A stretch of 64,000 nt of DNA from positions 1,136-65,135 of the forward strand of contig JBBIGW010000001.1 in assembly GCA_037447355.1 (NCBI GenBank), given 5' to 3'. Source of the DNA: Bacteroidia bacterium. GTDB lineage: Bacteria > Bacteroidota > Bacteroidia > Chitinophagales > Chitinophagaceae. Under the pieces are notes generated by a model. That model saw nothing but the letters and a program-made list of their open reading frames with translations, had not been told where the DNA came from and ran no database searches. A program made the position numbers and the translations under genes. Below, piece by piece: positions 37,692 through 47,340 of this stretch (the stretch's first letter is position 1; each line of letters begins with the position of its first letter).

Positions 37692-40600
37692 TCAGCCACA
37701 ACCTCCCTGGTTGCCGCAGTTCAGGCATTTGTAGCAGGCCCCGCTGCGCATCATGATATTGCCGCAGACATTACAGGCCGGCGCATCACTCTGCATATTC
37801 TTGGCCACCGCGTTCATGGCATCAATGCTGGATTCCGACTTCACCGGTTGTGCGGCGCGCTGGCTGCGGGCCGGTTGGGGGGCTACGGACCCGGAAGAAG
37901 GTGTTACCCGTACACTGGAGAGCTCGGGGTCCTTCGCATATTCCAGGGGGTTAGAGGGCACTTCGTCCCAGTCATCCCCGCCGGTATTCATCACTTCGGG
38001 TTTATCCAGTACATGCACGAGGTCAGTACGGCCGAGGTATTCATATCCCAGTACCCGGAAGATAAAGTCAACAATGGATGTGGTGGTCTTGATATTCGGA
38101 TGCTCCACGAAACCGGAAGGATCGAAACGGGTAAAGGCAAACTTATCCACGAACTCTTCCAGGGGCACACCGTACTGCAGGCCGATGGATACCGATATCG
38201 CAAAGCAGTTCATCATGCTGCGCATGGTGGCTCCTTCCTTTGCCATATCCACGAAGATCTCACCCAGTGTACCATCCGCGTATTCACCGGTGCGGAGGAA
38301 TACGGCCTGTCCGCTGATCTTGGCTTTTTGTGTAAAGCCGCGGCGTTTGGCCGGCAGGGTGCGGCGCTCCACGATGCTGGCGAGTTTACGTTTCAGCTTG
38401 GTATCCGGAGAAGCCTGTACCCTTTTCTGCACTTCTTCCAGCAGTTCTTCCACGGTCAGTTTACCCAGGTCCACGATATTGGACTCGGTGACCGTTTCGG
38501 CCACCGGGGCCTTTTCCTCTTCCACCACGGTCTCCGCTTTTTTCTTCTTGTCGGATTTGTTGCTGAGCGGCTGGGAAAGTTTGGAACCATCACGGTAAAG
38601 TGCATTCGCTTTTAGGCCGAGCTTCCAGCTCAGGTAATACGCATCTGCGATCTCATCTACTTTGGCCTCGTGGGGCAGGTTGATGGTTTTGGAGATGGCG
38701 CCACTGATAAAGGGCTGGGTGGCTCCCATCATACGGATATGACCGTGGGCATGGATATACCGCTGGCCTTTTTGTCCGCATTTATTGGCACAGTCAAAAA
38801 CGGGCAGGTGTTCCTCTTTCAGTCCGGGCGCCCCTTCGAGCATCATGGTACCGCATACATAATCGTTGGCGGCTTCGATCTGCTCATCGGTATATCCCAG
38901 GGCTTCCAGGAGGTTCCATTCAAAATTGTTATACTGTTCCGGGGTAAAGCCCAGGCGTTGCAGGCACTCCTCCCCCAGGGTGTATTTGTTGAATACAAAT
39001 CCCACTTCAAATGCCGTGGCGGCCGCCGCATCGAGGCGTTTGATCTCATCGGCAATAAATCCTTTCTCACTTAAGCTCTGGTGATTGATAAAGGGGGCAC
39101 CGGCAAAGCTGGCCGCTCCTACCGCGTATTTAATGATCGCGTCCGTTTCTTTTTCACTGTACCCCAAGTTTTTCAGGGCCGCGGGCACTGACTGGTTGAT
39201 GATCTTGAAATAACCGCCGCCGGAAAGTTTTTTAAATTTCACGAGGGCGAAGTCGGGTTCCACGCCGGTGGTATCACAATCCATGACCAGGCCGATCGTA
39301 CCGGTCGGCGCGATCACTGTAGCCTGTGCATTGCGGTAACCGTATTTCTCACCCAGTTCCACCGCATCATCCCAGGCCTTGCAGGCGGCTTTCAGCAGGT
39401 AATCCGGGCAGTATTTTACCTTGATCCCCTGGGGCTTCAGGCTCAGGTTCTCGTATTCATCGGCATCATAAGCGGCGAGACGGTGATTCCGCATGACCCG
39501 CATCATGTGCTGTTTGTTTTCTTCGTATCTCGGGAATGCACCCAGGGCACGGGCCATTTCCGCGGAGGTTTTGTAAGAAGTTCCGGTCATGATGGCGGTG
39601 AGCGCACCGGCAATAGCCCTTGCTTCTTCACTGTCATAGGGAATACCGCTTACCATCAGCATGGTACCGAGGTTGGCATAACCCAGTCCCAGTGTCCGGT
39701 ATTCGTAACTCAGTTGCGCCACTTCTTTGGAAGGAAACTGGGCCATCAGCACCGACACTTCCAGCACGACAGTCCAGAGCCGGCAGTTGTACTCATATCC
39801 TTCCACATCAAACTGGTTCTTGTCCGCATCGTAGAACTTCATCAGGTTGGCGGAAGCCAGGTTACAGGCCGTGTTGTCGAGGAACATATACTCAGAGCAG
39901 GGGTTAGAAGCCCTGATCTCTCCTCCCTCTGGACAGGTATGCCATTCGTTGATGGTGGTATTGTATTGGGTGCCGGGGTCTGCACAACGCCAGGCTGCAT
40001 AGGCAATCTGGTTCCACAATTCACGGGCGGGAATTTTCTTCATTACCCGTCCGTCCATACGGCCGGTCAGTTCCCAATCCTCATTTTTTTCCAGTCTTTC
40101 AAAGAAAGCGTTCGGGATACGGATGGAGTTATTGGAATTCTGCCCGCTGACTGTTTTATAGGCTTCATCCTCGTAACCGGAGGGATAGCCGGCAGCGATC
40201 AGCGCGCCTACTTTCTTTTCCTCTTCCACTTTCCAGTTGATAAATTCAACGATCTCGGGGTGATCCAGGTCCAGGCAGACCATTTTGGCAGCCCGGCGGG
40301 TAGTACCCCCAGATTTAATGGCGCCGGCAGCCCGGTCACCGATCTTCAGGAAACTCATCAGGCCGGAGGAACTGCCACCGCCGCTCAGTTTCTCACCCTC
40401 TCCCCTGAGGTTGGAATAATTGGTACCCACACCGGAACCATATTTAAAGATCCGGGCTTCCCGGACCCAGAGGTCCATGATACCGCCCTCGCTCACGAGA
40501 TCATCTTCCACACTTAAGATAAAGCAGGCATGGGGCTGGGGGCGTTCGTAGGCGTTCTGGGATTTTTTCAGCTGGCCATCAGCCGGGTCCACATAATAGT

Positions 40601-41072
40601 GTCCCTGGGGTTTGCCGGCGATGCCATAGCTTTCATACAAACCGGTATTGAACCATTGGGGGCTGTTGGGCACACACATCTGGTTCAGGATGGAATAGAC
40701 TAATTCCTCGTAGAACACATTTGCATCTTTTTCAGAAGCAAAATATCCGTAGCGCTCTCCCCATACCTTCCAGCAATTGGCCATCCGGTGGGCCACCTGT
40801 TTGGCGGAGGTTTCACGTCCCAGGCTGCCATCGGTTTGCGGCACACCTGCTTTGCGGAAATATTTCTGGGCTAAAATATCTGTGGCAATCTGACTCCACT
40901 GTTTGGGAACTTCCACATTGTTCATTTCAAAAACCACTTCGCCGGAGGGATTGCGGATAATGGATGTCCGGTAGTCATACTCGAACATTTCATACACACT
41001 TACATCTTCCTTAGTGAAGCGACGACTAAACTGCAAACCGCCCCGGGCGGATGCCTGCTTCTTATTTGCCAT
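37692..41072 (-). CDS. nrdJ: Adenosylcobalamin-dependent (class II) ribonucleotide reductase
   Basis: PNSPQWFN, HACFI, ASNPCSEY, TLGLGYAN, VIAPTGTIG, ISGAISKTIN, TSCPD-like domain and C-terminal CxxC...CxxC. Confidence 0.96.
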   Translation of the reverse strand: MANKKQASARGGLQFSRRFTKEDVSVYEMFEYDYRTSIIRNPSGEVVFEMNNVEVPKQWSQIATDILAQKYFRKAGVPQTDGSLGRETSAKQVAHRMANCWKVWGERYGYFASEKDANVFYEELVYSILNQMCVPNSPQWFNTGLYESYGIAGKPQGHYYVDPADGQLKKSQNAYERPQPHACFILSVEDDLVSEGGIMDLWVREARIFKYGSGVGTNYSNLRGEGEKLSGGGSSSGLMSFLKIGDRAAGAIKSGGTTRRAAKMVCLDLDHPEIVEFINWKVEEEKKVGALIAAGYPSGYEDEAYKTVSGQNSNNSIRIPNAFFERLEKNEDWELTGRMDGRVMKKIPARELWNQIAYAAWRCADPGTQYNTTINEWHTCPEGGEIRASNPCSEYMFLDNTACNLASANLMKFYDADKNQFDVEGYEYNCRLWTVVLEVSVLMAQFPSKEVAQLSYEYRTLGLGYANLGTMLMVSGIPYDSEEARAIAGALTAIMTGTSYKTSAEMARALGAFPRYEENKQHMMRVMRNHRLAAYDADEYENLSLKPQGIKVKYCPDYLLKAACKAWDDAVELGEKYGYRNAQATVIAPTGTIGLVMDCDTTGVEPDFALVKFKKLSGGGYFKIINQSVPAALKNLGYSEKETDAIIKYAVGAASFAGAPFINHQSLSEKGFIADEIKRLDAAAATAFEVGFVFNKYTLGEECLQRLGFTPEQYNNFEWNLLEALGYTDEQIEAANDYVCGTMMLEGAPGLKEEHLPVFDCANKCGQKGQRYIHAHGHIRMMGATQPFISGAISKTINLPHEAKVDEIADAYYLSWKLGLKANALYRDGSKLSQPLSNKSDKKKKAETVVEEEKAPVAETVTESNIVDLGKLTVEELLEEVQKRVQASPDTKLKRKLASIVERRTLPAKRRGFTQKAKISGQAVFLRTGEYADGTLGEIFVDMAKEGATMRSMMNCFAISVSIGLQYGVPLEEFVDKFAFTRFDPSGFVEHPNIKTTTSIVDFIFRVLGYEYLGRTDLVHVLDKPEVMNTGGDDWDEVPSNPLEYAKDPELSSVRVTPSSGSVAPQPARSQRAAQPVKSESSIDAMNAVAKNMQSDAPACNVCGNIMMRSGACYKCLNCGNQGGCG

Positions 41073-41619
41073 AACTCGAAAGAATTTACTGGGTTTTGGT
41101 CCTGGTTACTATCTCAACATCCCTGGCGGGAGGTCGTTTACGAAAGTATTTTTATTAAAAGGAAGTTCAAACCTCCAAATATTAACATCCTGTGGAAAAT
41201 AGCACCGTAAAATCCCGAAAGGCTTGCCAGTCCTGAATTAGCTGATTTTTACACAATCGCCAAAAAATATATGGGCAAATTATTTTTGGAAAATTCAGCC
41301 ACTTCTATTAATAAATCCTTAACACTGATTTCCGGCCAAATCCTGCACCCGCGAACCGTCCTTTTCACCAATGAAAGATAATCTAAACTTAATATTTTAC
41401 TCCTGATTTATTCATAGGCAACTATTATTTCAGTTCAGGTTTTAACCCCGGAGGGCTGCCCCGGTTTTCCGGCAATAGTCCCCGGTTCAGGACCCATTGA
41501 AAAAGAGCTATCCACGCCTGTTTATCATAAACAGCTCCTTATCCTTCAAAATTAGCGGGCGGATACCGGCCTCAAAGCCAACTATTTTTCGCATTTTTGC
41601 ATGAACCAACCGGTTCCGG

Positions 41620-42381
41620 ATGAAACTCTCGATCTATCAAACACTCACGGATAAAAAAAAGCTGGGGAAAAAGTCCTTTGCGGTGCTGATCGACCCTGAT
41701 CGAGTCGATACCGGAGTACTGGACGAACTGATCGGTCTCTCCCTCGAAGCCAAAGTGGATTATTTCCTGGTGGGCGGAAGCCTTGTCATTTCCAATCACC
41801 TGGATGAATGCATACAGCATGTGAAACAGCATTGTTCCATCCCGGTCATTTTGTTTCCCGGCAGTCCTTCCCAGGTAAGCCGCTATGCCGATGCCTTATT
41901 GTACCTGTCCCTGATTTCCGGCCGCAACCCCGAATTACTGATCGGGCAGCATGTGGTTTCCGCTCCTTTTGTCAGACAAAGCGGCCTGGAGATCATGCCC
42001 ACCGGTTATATAGTAGTGGACGGCGGCGCCCCGACAACGGTCTCTTATATCAGTAATGCCGCACCCATACCGGCTGATAAAAACGATATCGCCATGTGTA
42101 CGGCCATGGCCGGCGAAATGCTGGGAATGAAACTGATTTATATGGATGCGGGCAGCGGCGCCAAACGACCGGTTACCGAAAGCATGATCAAGGCCGTGGC
42201 CGACAATATTGAATCTCCTCTTATCGTGGGCGGCGGTATCATACACCCCGAAAAAGCTTACCTCAACTGCAAGGCCGGTGCCGATGTGATCGTGGTGGGA
42301 AATGCAATTGAAAAAGACGCGTCGCTGATTAAAGAGATGAGTGATGCGGTGCACAGTGTGCCGGTGAAGGCGGGTTATTAA
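41620..42381 (+). CDS. Geranylgeranylglyceryl/heptaprenylglyceryl phosphate synthase (PcrB/GGGPS family)
   Basis: AVLIDPD, LVGGS, ILFPGS, LSLISGRNPELLIGQHV, TGYIVVDGG, YMDAGSGA, IVGGGI. Confidence 0.93.
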   Translation: MKLSIYQTLTDKKKLGKKSFAVLIDPDRVDTGVLDELIGLSLEAKVDYFLVGGSLVISNHLDECIQHVKQHCSIPVILFPGSPSQVSRYADALLYLSLISGRNPELLIGQHVVSAPFVRQSGLEIMPTGYIVVDGGAPTTVSYISNAAPIPADKNDIAMCTAMAGEMLGMKLIYMDAGSGAKRPVTESMIKAVADNIESPLIVGGGIIHPEKAYLNCKAGADVIVVGNAIEKDASLIKEMSDAVHSVPVKAGY

Positions 42382-42485
42382 TTATTGATTACTGATTATT
42401 GCAAGCAGTACTTCAATTCGCAGCAATCTTACAATTTATTATTATCCATAAGCCTGATGACTCCCGTCTATAAAAATTTCCATTT

Positions 42486-43193
42486 ATGAAATATGCCGGT
42501 CTGCTGATTGTCCTGCTGCTACATTATGCAGCGGGGGCACAATCATTTGAATACCCTATTATCAAAGCGGAAGCAGGCACACCCCTTCAGTTTATCCCGG
42601 AGAAATGGATTTTACGAGACAGCGCAACTGGCGATCTTAATAAAGATGGTTTAAAGGATGTTGTGCTGATAATTCAATTAAGGGACAGTATCCCCATTTA
42701 TACTATTGAAGGAGATAACGCAGATACCGTTATTACTCAACCCAGGATGCTGCTGATACTTTTCCGTCTATCTGATCCGGATATGTACCGTTTAGTGGTT
42801 CAGCAAAATTCATTTATACCGCTCCATGACTCCCCTTTAATGGAAGATCCGCTGGACGGAATTACGATCAGGAATTCAGTGATCAGTTTTCAATTCCATT
42901 ATTTTCAAAGTATGGGTAGCTGGTACATTAGTAACAATGTTTACCGGTTCCGATACCAGCACGGGCAGTTTGAGCTGATTGGCGCAGATGAAATGACAGC
43001 AAACCGGGCATCAGGCGAAATGGAAACACGCAGCATTAATTTTATTACGGGGAAGGAAAATTATGTCACTGGAAAAAATTTTACCGGAAGAAATGAGCAT
43101 ATAAAAAGTACCTGGAAGAAAATCCCGGATTCCAAACCGGTCCTTTTGCAAGCTTTAAAGAACAGTGAGCTTTACAAACTGTTTAGTTATTAG
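42486..43193 (+). CDS. Exported hypothetical protein with one FG-GAP-like motif
   Basis: Signal peptide; ATGDLNKDGLKDVVLII; YRFRYQHGQFELIG; about 40% GC in sampled lines. Confidence 0.8.
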   Translation: MKYAGLLIVLLLHYAAGAQSFEYPIIKAEAGTPLQFIPEKWILRDSATGDLNKDGLKDVVLIIQLRDSIPIYTIEGDNADTVITQPRMLLILFRLSDPDMYRLVVQQNSFIPLHDSPLMEDPLDGITIRNSVISFQFHYFQSMGSWYISNNVYRFRYQHGQFELIGADEMTANRASGEMETRSINFITGKENYVTGKNFTGRNEHIKSTWKKIPDSKPVLLQALKNSELYKLFSY

Positions 43194-43250
43194 CCGGTCT
43201 CCTTGCTCCTGAAAAGCGAAAAATCCCAGGCTGAACCCGGAGTTTTAATT

Positions 43251-43565
43251 ATATCACCCCTCCCACCTACGCTAGCCCTGTCTGCCGGACAGGCTGGGCT
43301 ATGGAGTGCAGGCCGGGCCGTGTTGCCAATTGTGTAAGGTATATGACTGTTGTAAATTACCCTAAGCACGAGACCTCCAACATCCAACCTTCCAACTTTT
43401 ATTGTGTCACCCTTCCCTCCTTCGCTAAACCTGCCCAACGAACAGGCAGGGCTACAAGGGCAGGCCGGGTCTGCCACCTTATAGCAGAAAGAAACTAATT
43501 GAAGTAAGTTTACCCTAAACACGAAACCCCGAACCCCGAACCTGCAACTTCTCACCTCCAACCTT
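43251..43565. repeat. Two tandem copies of a composite intergenic repeat, each with a 21-nt palindromic insert
   Basis: Host hairpin CCTCCTTCGCTAAA^GCTAC..., inserts at 43277-43297 and 43430-43450; shares 26 identical bp (43352-43377) with 45133-45158. Confidence 0.85.
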
Positions 43566-44851
43566 TACCTCAGTTCCTCCACCTTTACCCGGGATGGAGT
43601 TTCATTTCCCGCGATAATACTTTTGGAACTGAGCGCAATGGCTTTGATCACTTCCGTCATATTCTCCATATCGAGCGTCTCCACCTGGTCCGAGAGTTTA
43701 TGGTAATGCGGCTCCACATCCATCTTTGACGTGGAGATCGTATGGGCCGGCACACCCAGTCTCGCCAATGTGGCATTATCAGAACGGTAGAATAATTGCT
43801 GCGCGGGATACGGATCGGGATAAAACGTGAAGGCCGTTCCCTGCAGATCTTTTGCCAGGATCTCTCCCATATTGGTCTTTTCGTAACCGGTTATATAGGC
43901 CGAATTCTTCCCCCACCTGCTTTCGGTACCGATCATTTCAATATTGAACATGGCCACGACTTTGTCCGCGTCCATTTGCCTGGAAAAATACTGGGAACCG
44001 AAACCACCTACTTCTTCTGCAGTAAAAGCTGCGAAGACCAGGGTTCTTTCGTTATCACCGCGTTCTTTAAAATATTTTGCCAGCATGATCACCGCGGTGG
44101 TACCGGCCGCGTCATCATTAGCGCCGTTGTAAATGGAATCTCCCTCTACTGGTTTGCCGGTACCGAGATGATCATAATGCCCGGAAAATACCACGTATTC
44201 ATTTTTCCTGCTTTTCCCGGGAATAACTCCCACCACATTGGCCATTTTCTGTTCCGTGATTTCGTGCACGGCTTCGATCGCATACGTTACAGGCACTGTA
44301 TCAGTGAGGATAAAAACAACAGAGGTATTGGTCTTGAACAGGGAAGATTTCAACCGGACCAGGTTGCCGAAACCGTTGGCAAAGCTTTTCTCCACCCACG
44401 CGATCGTATTCTTATTACTTCGGACCAATTTGCGGGCTTCGGTCTGCAGGTTGGCGCCCGTTTTAATAAATGCCGTTTCATATCCGGAGGTCTGATCGAT
44501 CCTTAACTGAGGCTGACAGGTGATCACCATCACTGATTTTTGTCCGATAGCCTGCCCGTCAAGGGTGGCAGACGCACTGATAAACTTCGGGCGCACCATC
44601 GCGAATTCCTGGCGGTAGCTGCCGCTGTTGCCGGGTGTGCCGAGACCAATCGCTTTAAATTCTGCAGTAATAAAATCAGCCGCTTTATCGATATCCGGGG
44701 TAAAAGTGCGGCGGCCGCGCATGTCATCGGAAGCAAGGGTTTTTTCAATGCGTCCTACTTCTTTTACATTAATTACTTCAAGACCTTTTTGCGCGGAGAG
44801 GGTTAATCCTGCTGTAATAAACAGGAAAAATGAAATGGATTTTTTAATCAT
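43565..44851 (-). CDS. M28 family metallopeptidase, exported
   Basis: SGHYDHLG, NGANDDAAG, FTAEEVGGFGS, NIEMIG, RSDNA, HYHK..D. Confidence 0.93.
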   Translation of the reverse strand: MIKKSISFFLFITAGLTLSAQKGLEVINVKEVGRIEKTLASDDMRGRRTFTPDIDKAADFITAEFKAIGLGTPGNSGSYRQEFAMVRPKFISASATLDGQAIGQKSVMVITCQPQLRIDQTSGYETAFIKTGANLQTEARKLVRSNKNTIAWVEKSFANGFGNLVRLKSSLFKTNTSVVFILTDTVPVTYAIEAVHEITEQKMANVVGVIPGKSRKNEYVVFSGHYDHLGTGKPVEGDSIYNGANDDAAGTTAVIMLAKYFKERGDNERTLVFAAFTAEEVGGFGSQYFSRQMDADKVVAMFNIEMIGTESRWGKNSAYITGYEKTNMGEILAKDLQGTAFTFYPDPYPAQQLFYRSDNATLARLGVPAHTISTSKMDVEPHYHKLSDQVETLDMENMTEVIKAIALSSKSIIAGNETPSRVKVEELR

Positions 44852-44880
44852 TCGGTTTTTGTTCTGAATATGACGCTTTT

Positions 44881-45290
44881 TATAATGTCACCCCTTCGGG
44901 GTTTGTAAATTGTTTGCTGCCTGTTTCTATAATAATTTCAGCCCTTCGGGCTTATTTTCCTATACCGGGAAGAAGCCTATCACTAAACATCCAACCTTCC
45001 AACCTTTATTGTGCCACCCCTACCTCCTTCGCTAAACCTGCCTGCTCGCCTCGCGGCGAAGCGGGCCGGACAGGCGGGGCTACGGAGGGCAGGCCGGGCT
45101 TTGTGCCAATTGTGTTAGGTATTATGTCTTTAGTAAATTACCCTAAGCACGAGACCTCAAACAATCAACCTTCCAACATCCAACCTCAAACATCCAACCT
45201 CCAGCCCACCTGTAAACCTCTCCCCTTATCACGAGACTACCTGCCTACCGTCCCGCTTCGCCGCGAGGCGAGCTGGCAGGCAGACTACTG
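44881..45290. repeat. Composite intergenic repeat cluster with nested palindromes
   Basis: Two SCCC-TTC-GGGS hairpins, a third copy of the composite unit with a 42-nt nested insert (45037-45078), 7-8-bp AACMTCC arrays, and a second 42-nt nested insert (45241-45282). Confidence 0.85.
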
Positions 45291-45296
45291 ACTAAC

Positions 45297-46025
45297 TCAG
45301 AGGCTCATCATCTCCTTAAACTTCACCGTCTGCCTCCGGCTTACTTCAATTTTCTCGCCGCCTTTCAGGTCCAGTAACAGGCCTCCGTTAAAATAGGGTT
45401 CGATTTTATCGATCATGCGCAGGTTGACAATATGTTTGCGGTTGGCACGGAAAAATACTTTCTCGTCCAGCCGTTCTTCCAGGGCATTGAGTGATTTTAA
45501 GATCAGGGGCTTGTTGGATCCGAAATAAACTTTGGCATAATTGCCCACACTTTCAAAGAGGCGGATCTCGTTCAGCTTTACAAACCAGCAGCGCTCCCCG
45601 TCCTTTACAAATACCTGGTCGTGCTCGGAGAGAATACTGTTGTTGACAAACTCTGTATCGGTCCGTTGTTCCCGGTTTTCAGACTGCTGCAATTTCTGAA
45701 TCGCATCCGCCAGCCGTTTGGGCTCCACCGGTTTCATCAGGTAATCCAGGGCATTGACCTCAAAGGCTTTTAAGGCAAACTCATGGTGCGCCGTGGTGAA
45801 GATGACCTGCGGAGCTTTGTCCAACTCGGCCAGCATATCAAAGCCGGTTTTTCCCGGCATCTGGATATCCAGGAAGATCAGGTCGGGTTGCAGGGATTCG
45901 ATCTTGGCCAGCGCGTCTTCCGCGTTGACCGCTTCATCAATCACTTCCACTTCAGGGAAATCCTGCAACAGTTTTCTTAATTCCAGCCTGGCAAGGCGTT
46001 CGTCATCAATGATAATTGCTTTCAT
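45297..46025 (-). CDS. LytTR-family response regulator
   Basis: IIDDERLAR, FLDIQMP, FTTAH, DYLMKP; C-terminal FFRANRKHIVN...VSRR. Confidence 0.95.
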   Translation of the reverse strand: MKAIIIDDERLARLELRKLLQDFPEVEVIDEAVNAEDALAKIESLQPDLIFLDIQMPGKTGFDMLAELDKAPQVIFTTAHHEFALKAFEVNALDYLMKPVEPKRLADAIQKLQQSENREQRTDTEFVNNSILSEHDQVFVKDGERCWFVKLNEIRLFESVGNYAKVYFGSNKPLILKSLNALEERLDEKVFFRANRKHIVNLRMIDKIEPYFNGGLLLDLKGGEKIEVSRRQTVKFKEMMSL

Positions 46026-46062
46026 GAATCTTAGTTTTGTGTGGCAATAATTTATCGTTTCC

Positions 46063-47130
46063 TCAGGGTTGAACAGGCATCAGCACCCGGGCCTCCACCA
46101 GTGATCCGTTGACCTGCCGGATCTCAAACCGGGCTTTATCCCCGTACAACAGGTTTAACCGGTTCGTGGTACTGGAAAGCCCGAATCCTTCCTCTGTACT
46201 TACCTGTCCGCTGAGCTGACCGGTATTCTGTACCACCAGTTCGTGGTAATCCCCGCTGAAATCAGAAATCACTTTTACCAGGCCCCCGCTGATCTGCCGG
46301 CTGATCCCGTGTTTGATCGCATTCTCCACCAGGGTCTGCAGCATCATGGGAGGCACCGGCTGGTTCAAAGTGTCTTCGTCAATGTCATACTCCACTTTCA
46401 GGCGGTCTTCAAAACGCATATTCTCCAGGGCCAGGTAGTCCTTTATGATATGCAGTTCTTTCTCCAGCGGTACGGTCTCCATTTTTTCGGTCTGCATACT
46501 GCTGCGCAGGATATTGCTGAGCTCGGTAACCGCCTTACGGGCCCGCTGCGGGTTTTCATCCACCAGGGCCCGGATACTATTGAGCGAATTAAAAATAAAA
46601 TGAGGGTTGATATGCGCCTTGATGGTTTTAAGCTCAAGCTCTTTTACCATGGACTCCAGCTGCAGTGTATCCAGCTGCTGTTTCCGGCTCTTGGTAACGT
46701 AGTGGTAAATGAAATAGATCAGGTTCCAGATAAAGAAATACACAAAGAAACTAAAGACCCCGCTGGCGATCAGCAGGACCTTGTTTCCCAGGAATTCATG
46801 TTCCCTTTTGTTCAGCAGGTTATTGTTCTGCAGTACCTGCATGTAGATCACGGAACCCACCAGGGAAAAGAGAAAAGTGATCAGCAGGAAATAAAAGAAC
46901 TGCCGTTCGAGTCTCTTTTGCAACAGGTCAATACTCAGGATGAAGGAACGCATCAGGTGGGTCAGTAACAGGCCGAGTATCACAAAGATCCCGAGCCGCC
47001 CAAACACCTGGATCAGCTGCTCCCGCGTATTCAGCTGGTCAAAGGAATAGGCAAAGAAAATGCTGATCAGCGTAAAGCCTCCCCAGCCAATTGTCTGGAA
47101 CAACCAATACCTTGAATTTGCAAACCACAT
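46063..47130 (-). CDS. LytS-type membrane sensor histidine kinase
   Basis: Four TM helices, LKAHINPHFIFNSLN-type H-box, QTLVENAIKHG, GFGLSST. Confidence 0.94.
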   Translation of the reverse strand: MWFANSRYWLFQTIGWGGFTLISIFFAYSFDQLNTREQLIQVFGRLGIFVILGLLLTHLMRSFILSIDLLQKRLERQFFYFLLITFLFSLVGSVIYMQVLQNNNLLNKREHEFLGNKVLLIASGVFSFFVYFFIWNLIYFIYHYVTKSRKQQLDTLQLESMVKELELKTIKAHINPHFIFNSLNSIRALVDENPQRARKAVTELSNILRSSMQTEKMETVPLEKELHIIKDYLALENMRFEDRLKVEYDIDEDTLNQPVPPMMLQTLVENAIKHGISRQISGGLVKVISDFSGDYHELVVQNTGQLSGQVSTEEGFGLSSTTNRLNLLYGDKARFEIRQVNGSLVEARVLMPVQP

Positions 47131-47340
47131 TTGCTACAAATCTAATGATTCCAGTCTCTTATCCACCCGATTTAATATACCAGTGGCCGATAATGCCTGT
47201 AAATGGAACCCCCGATTAGACCGGCCTGTGGCAGGCGGGTTAAGCCCTGCGGGAAATTAATGTTAAACCCGTTTTTCCAAAACCGGCCATTATGGCGATC
47301 TGCCGGAAAACTGTACTTTTACAGCAGCAAACCCTGAACT

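Noticed and set aside
41073-41619. Cobalamin riboswitch or NrdR box upstream of nrdJ
   Set aside because: No recognisable B12-box motifs on the minus strand, and only a weak partial NrdR-like match.
43190-43561. ORFs 43190..43561(-), 43301..43498(+) and 44914..45291(+) in the track
   Set aside because: They are translations of the composite repeats (shared peptides such as NYPKHETSNIQPSN) with no protein-like features; treated as non-coding.
43251-43565. Possible CRISPR array (repeats with variable inserts)
   Set aside because: Only two or three units, irregular spacing, inserts are themselves related palindromes, and no cas genes.
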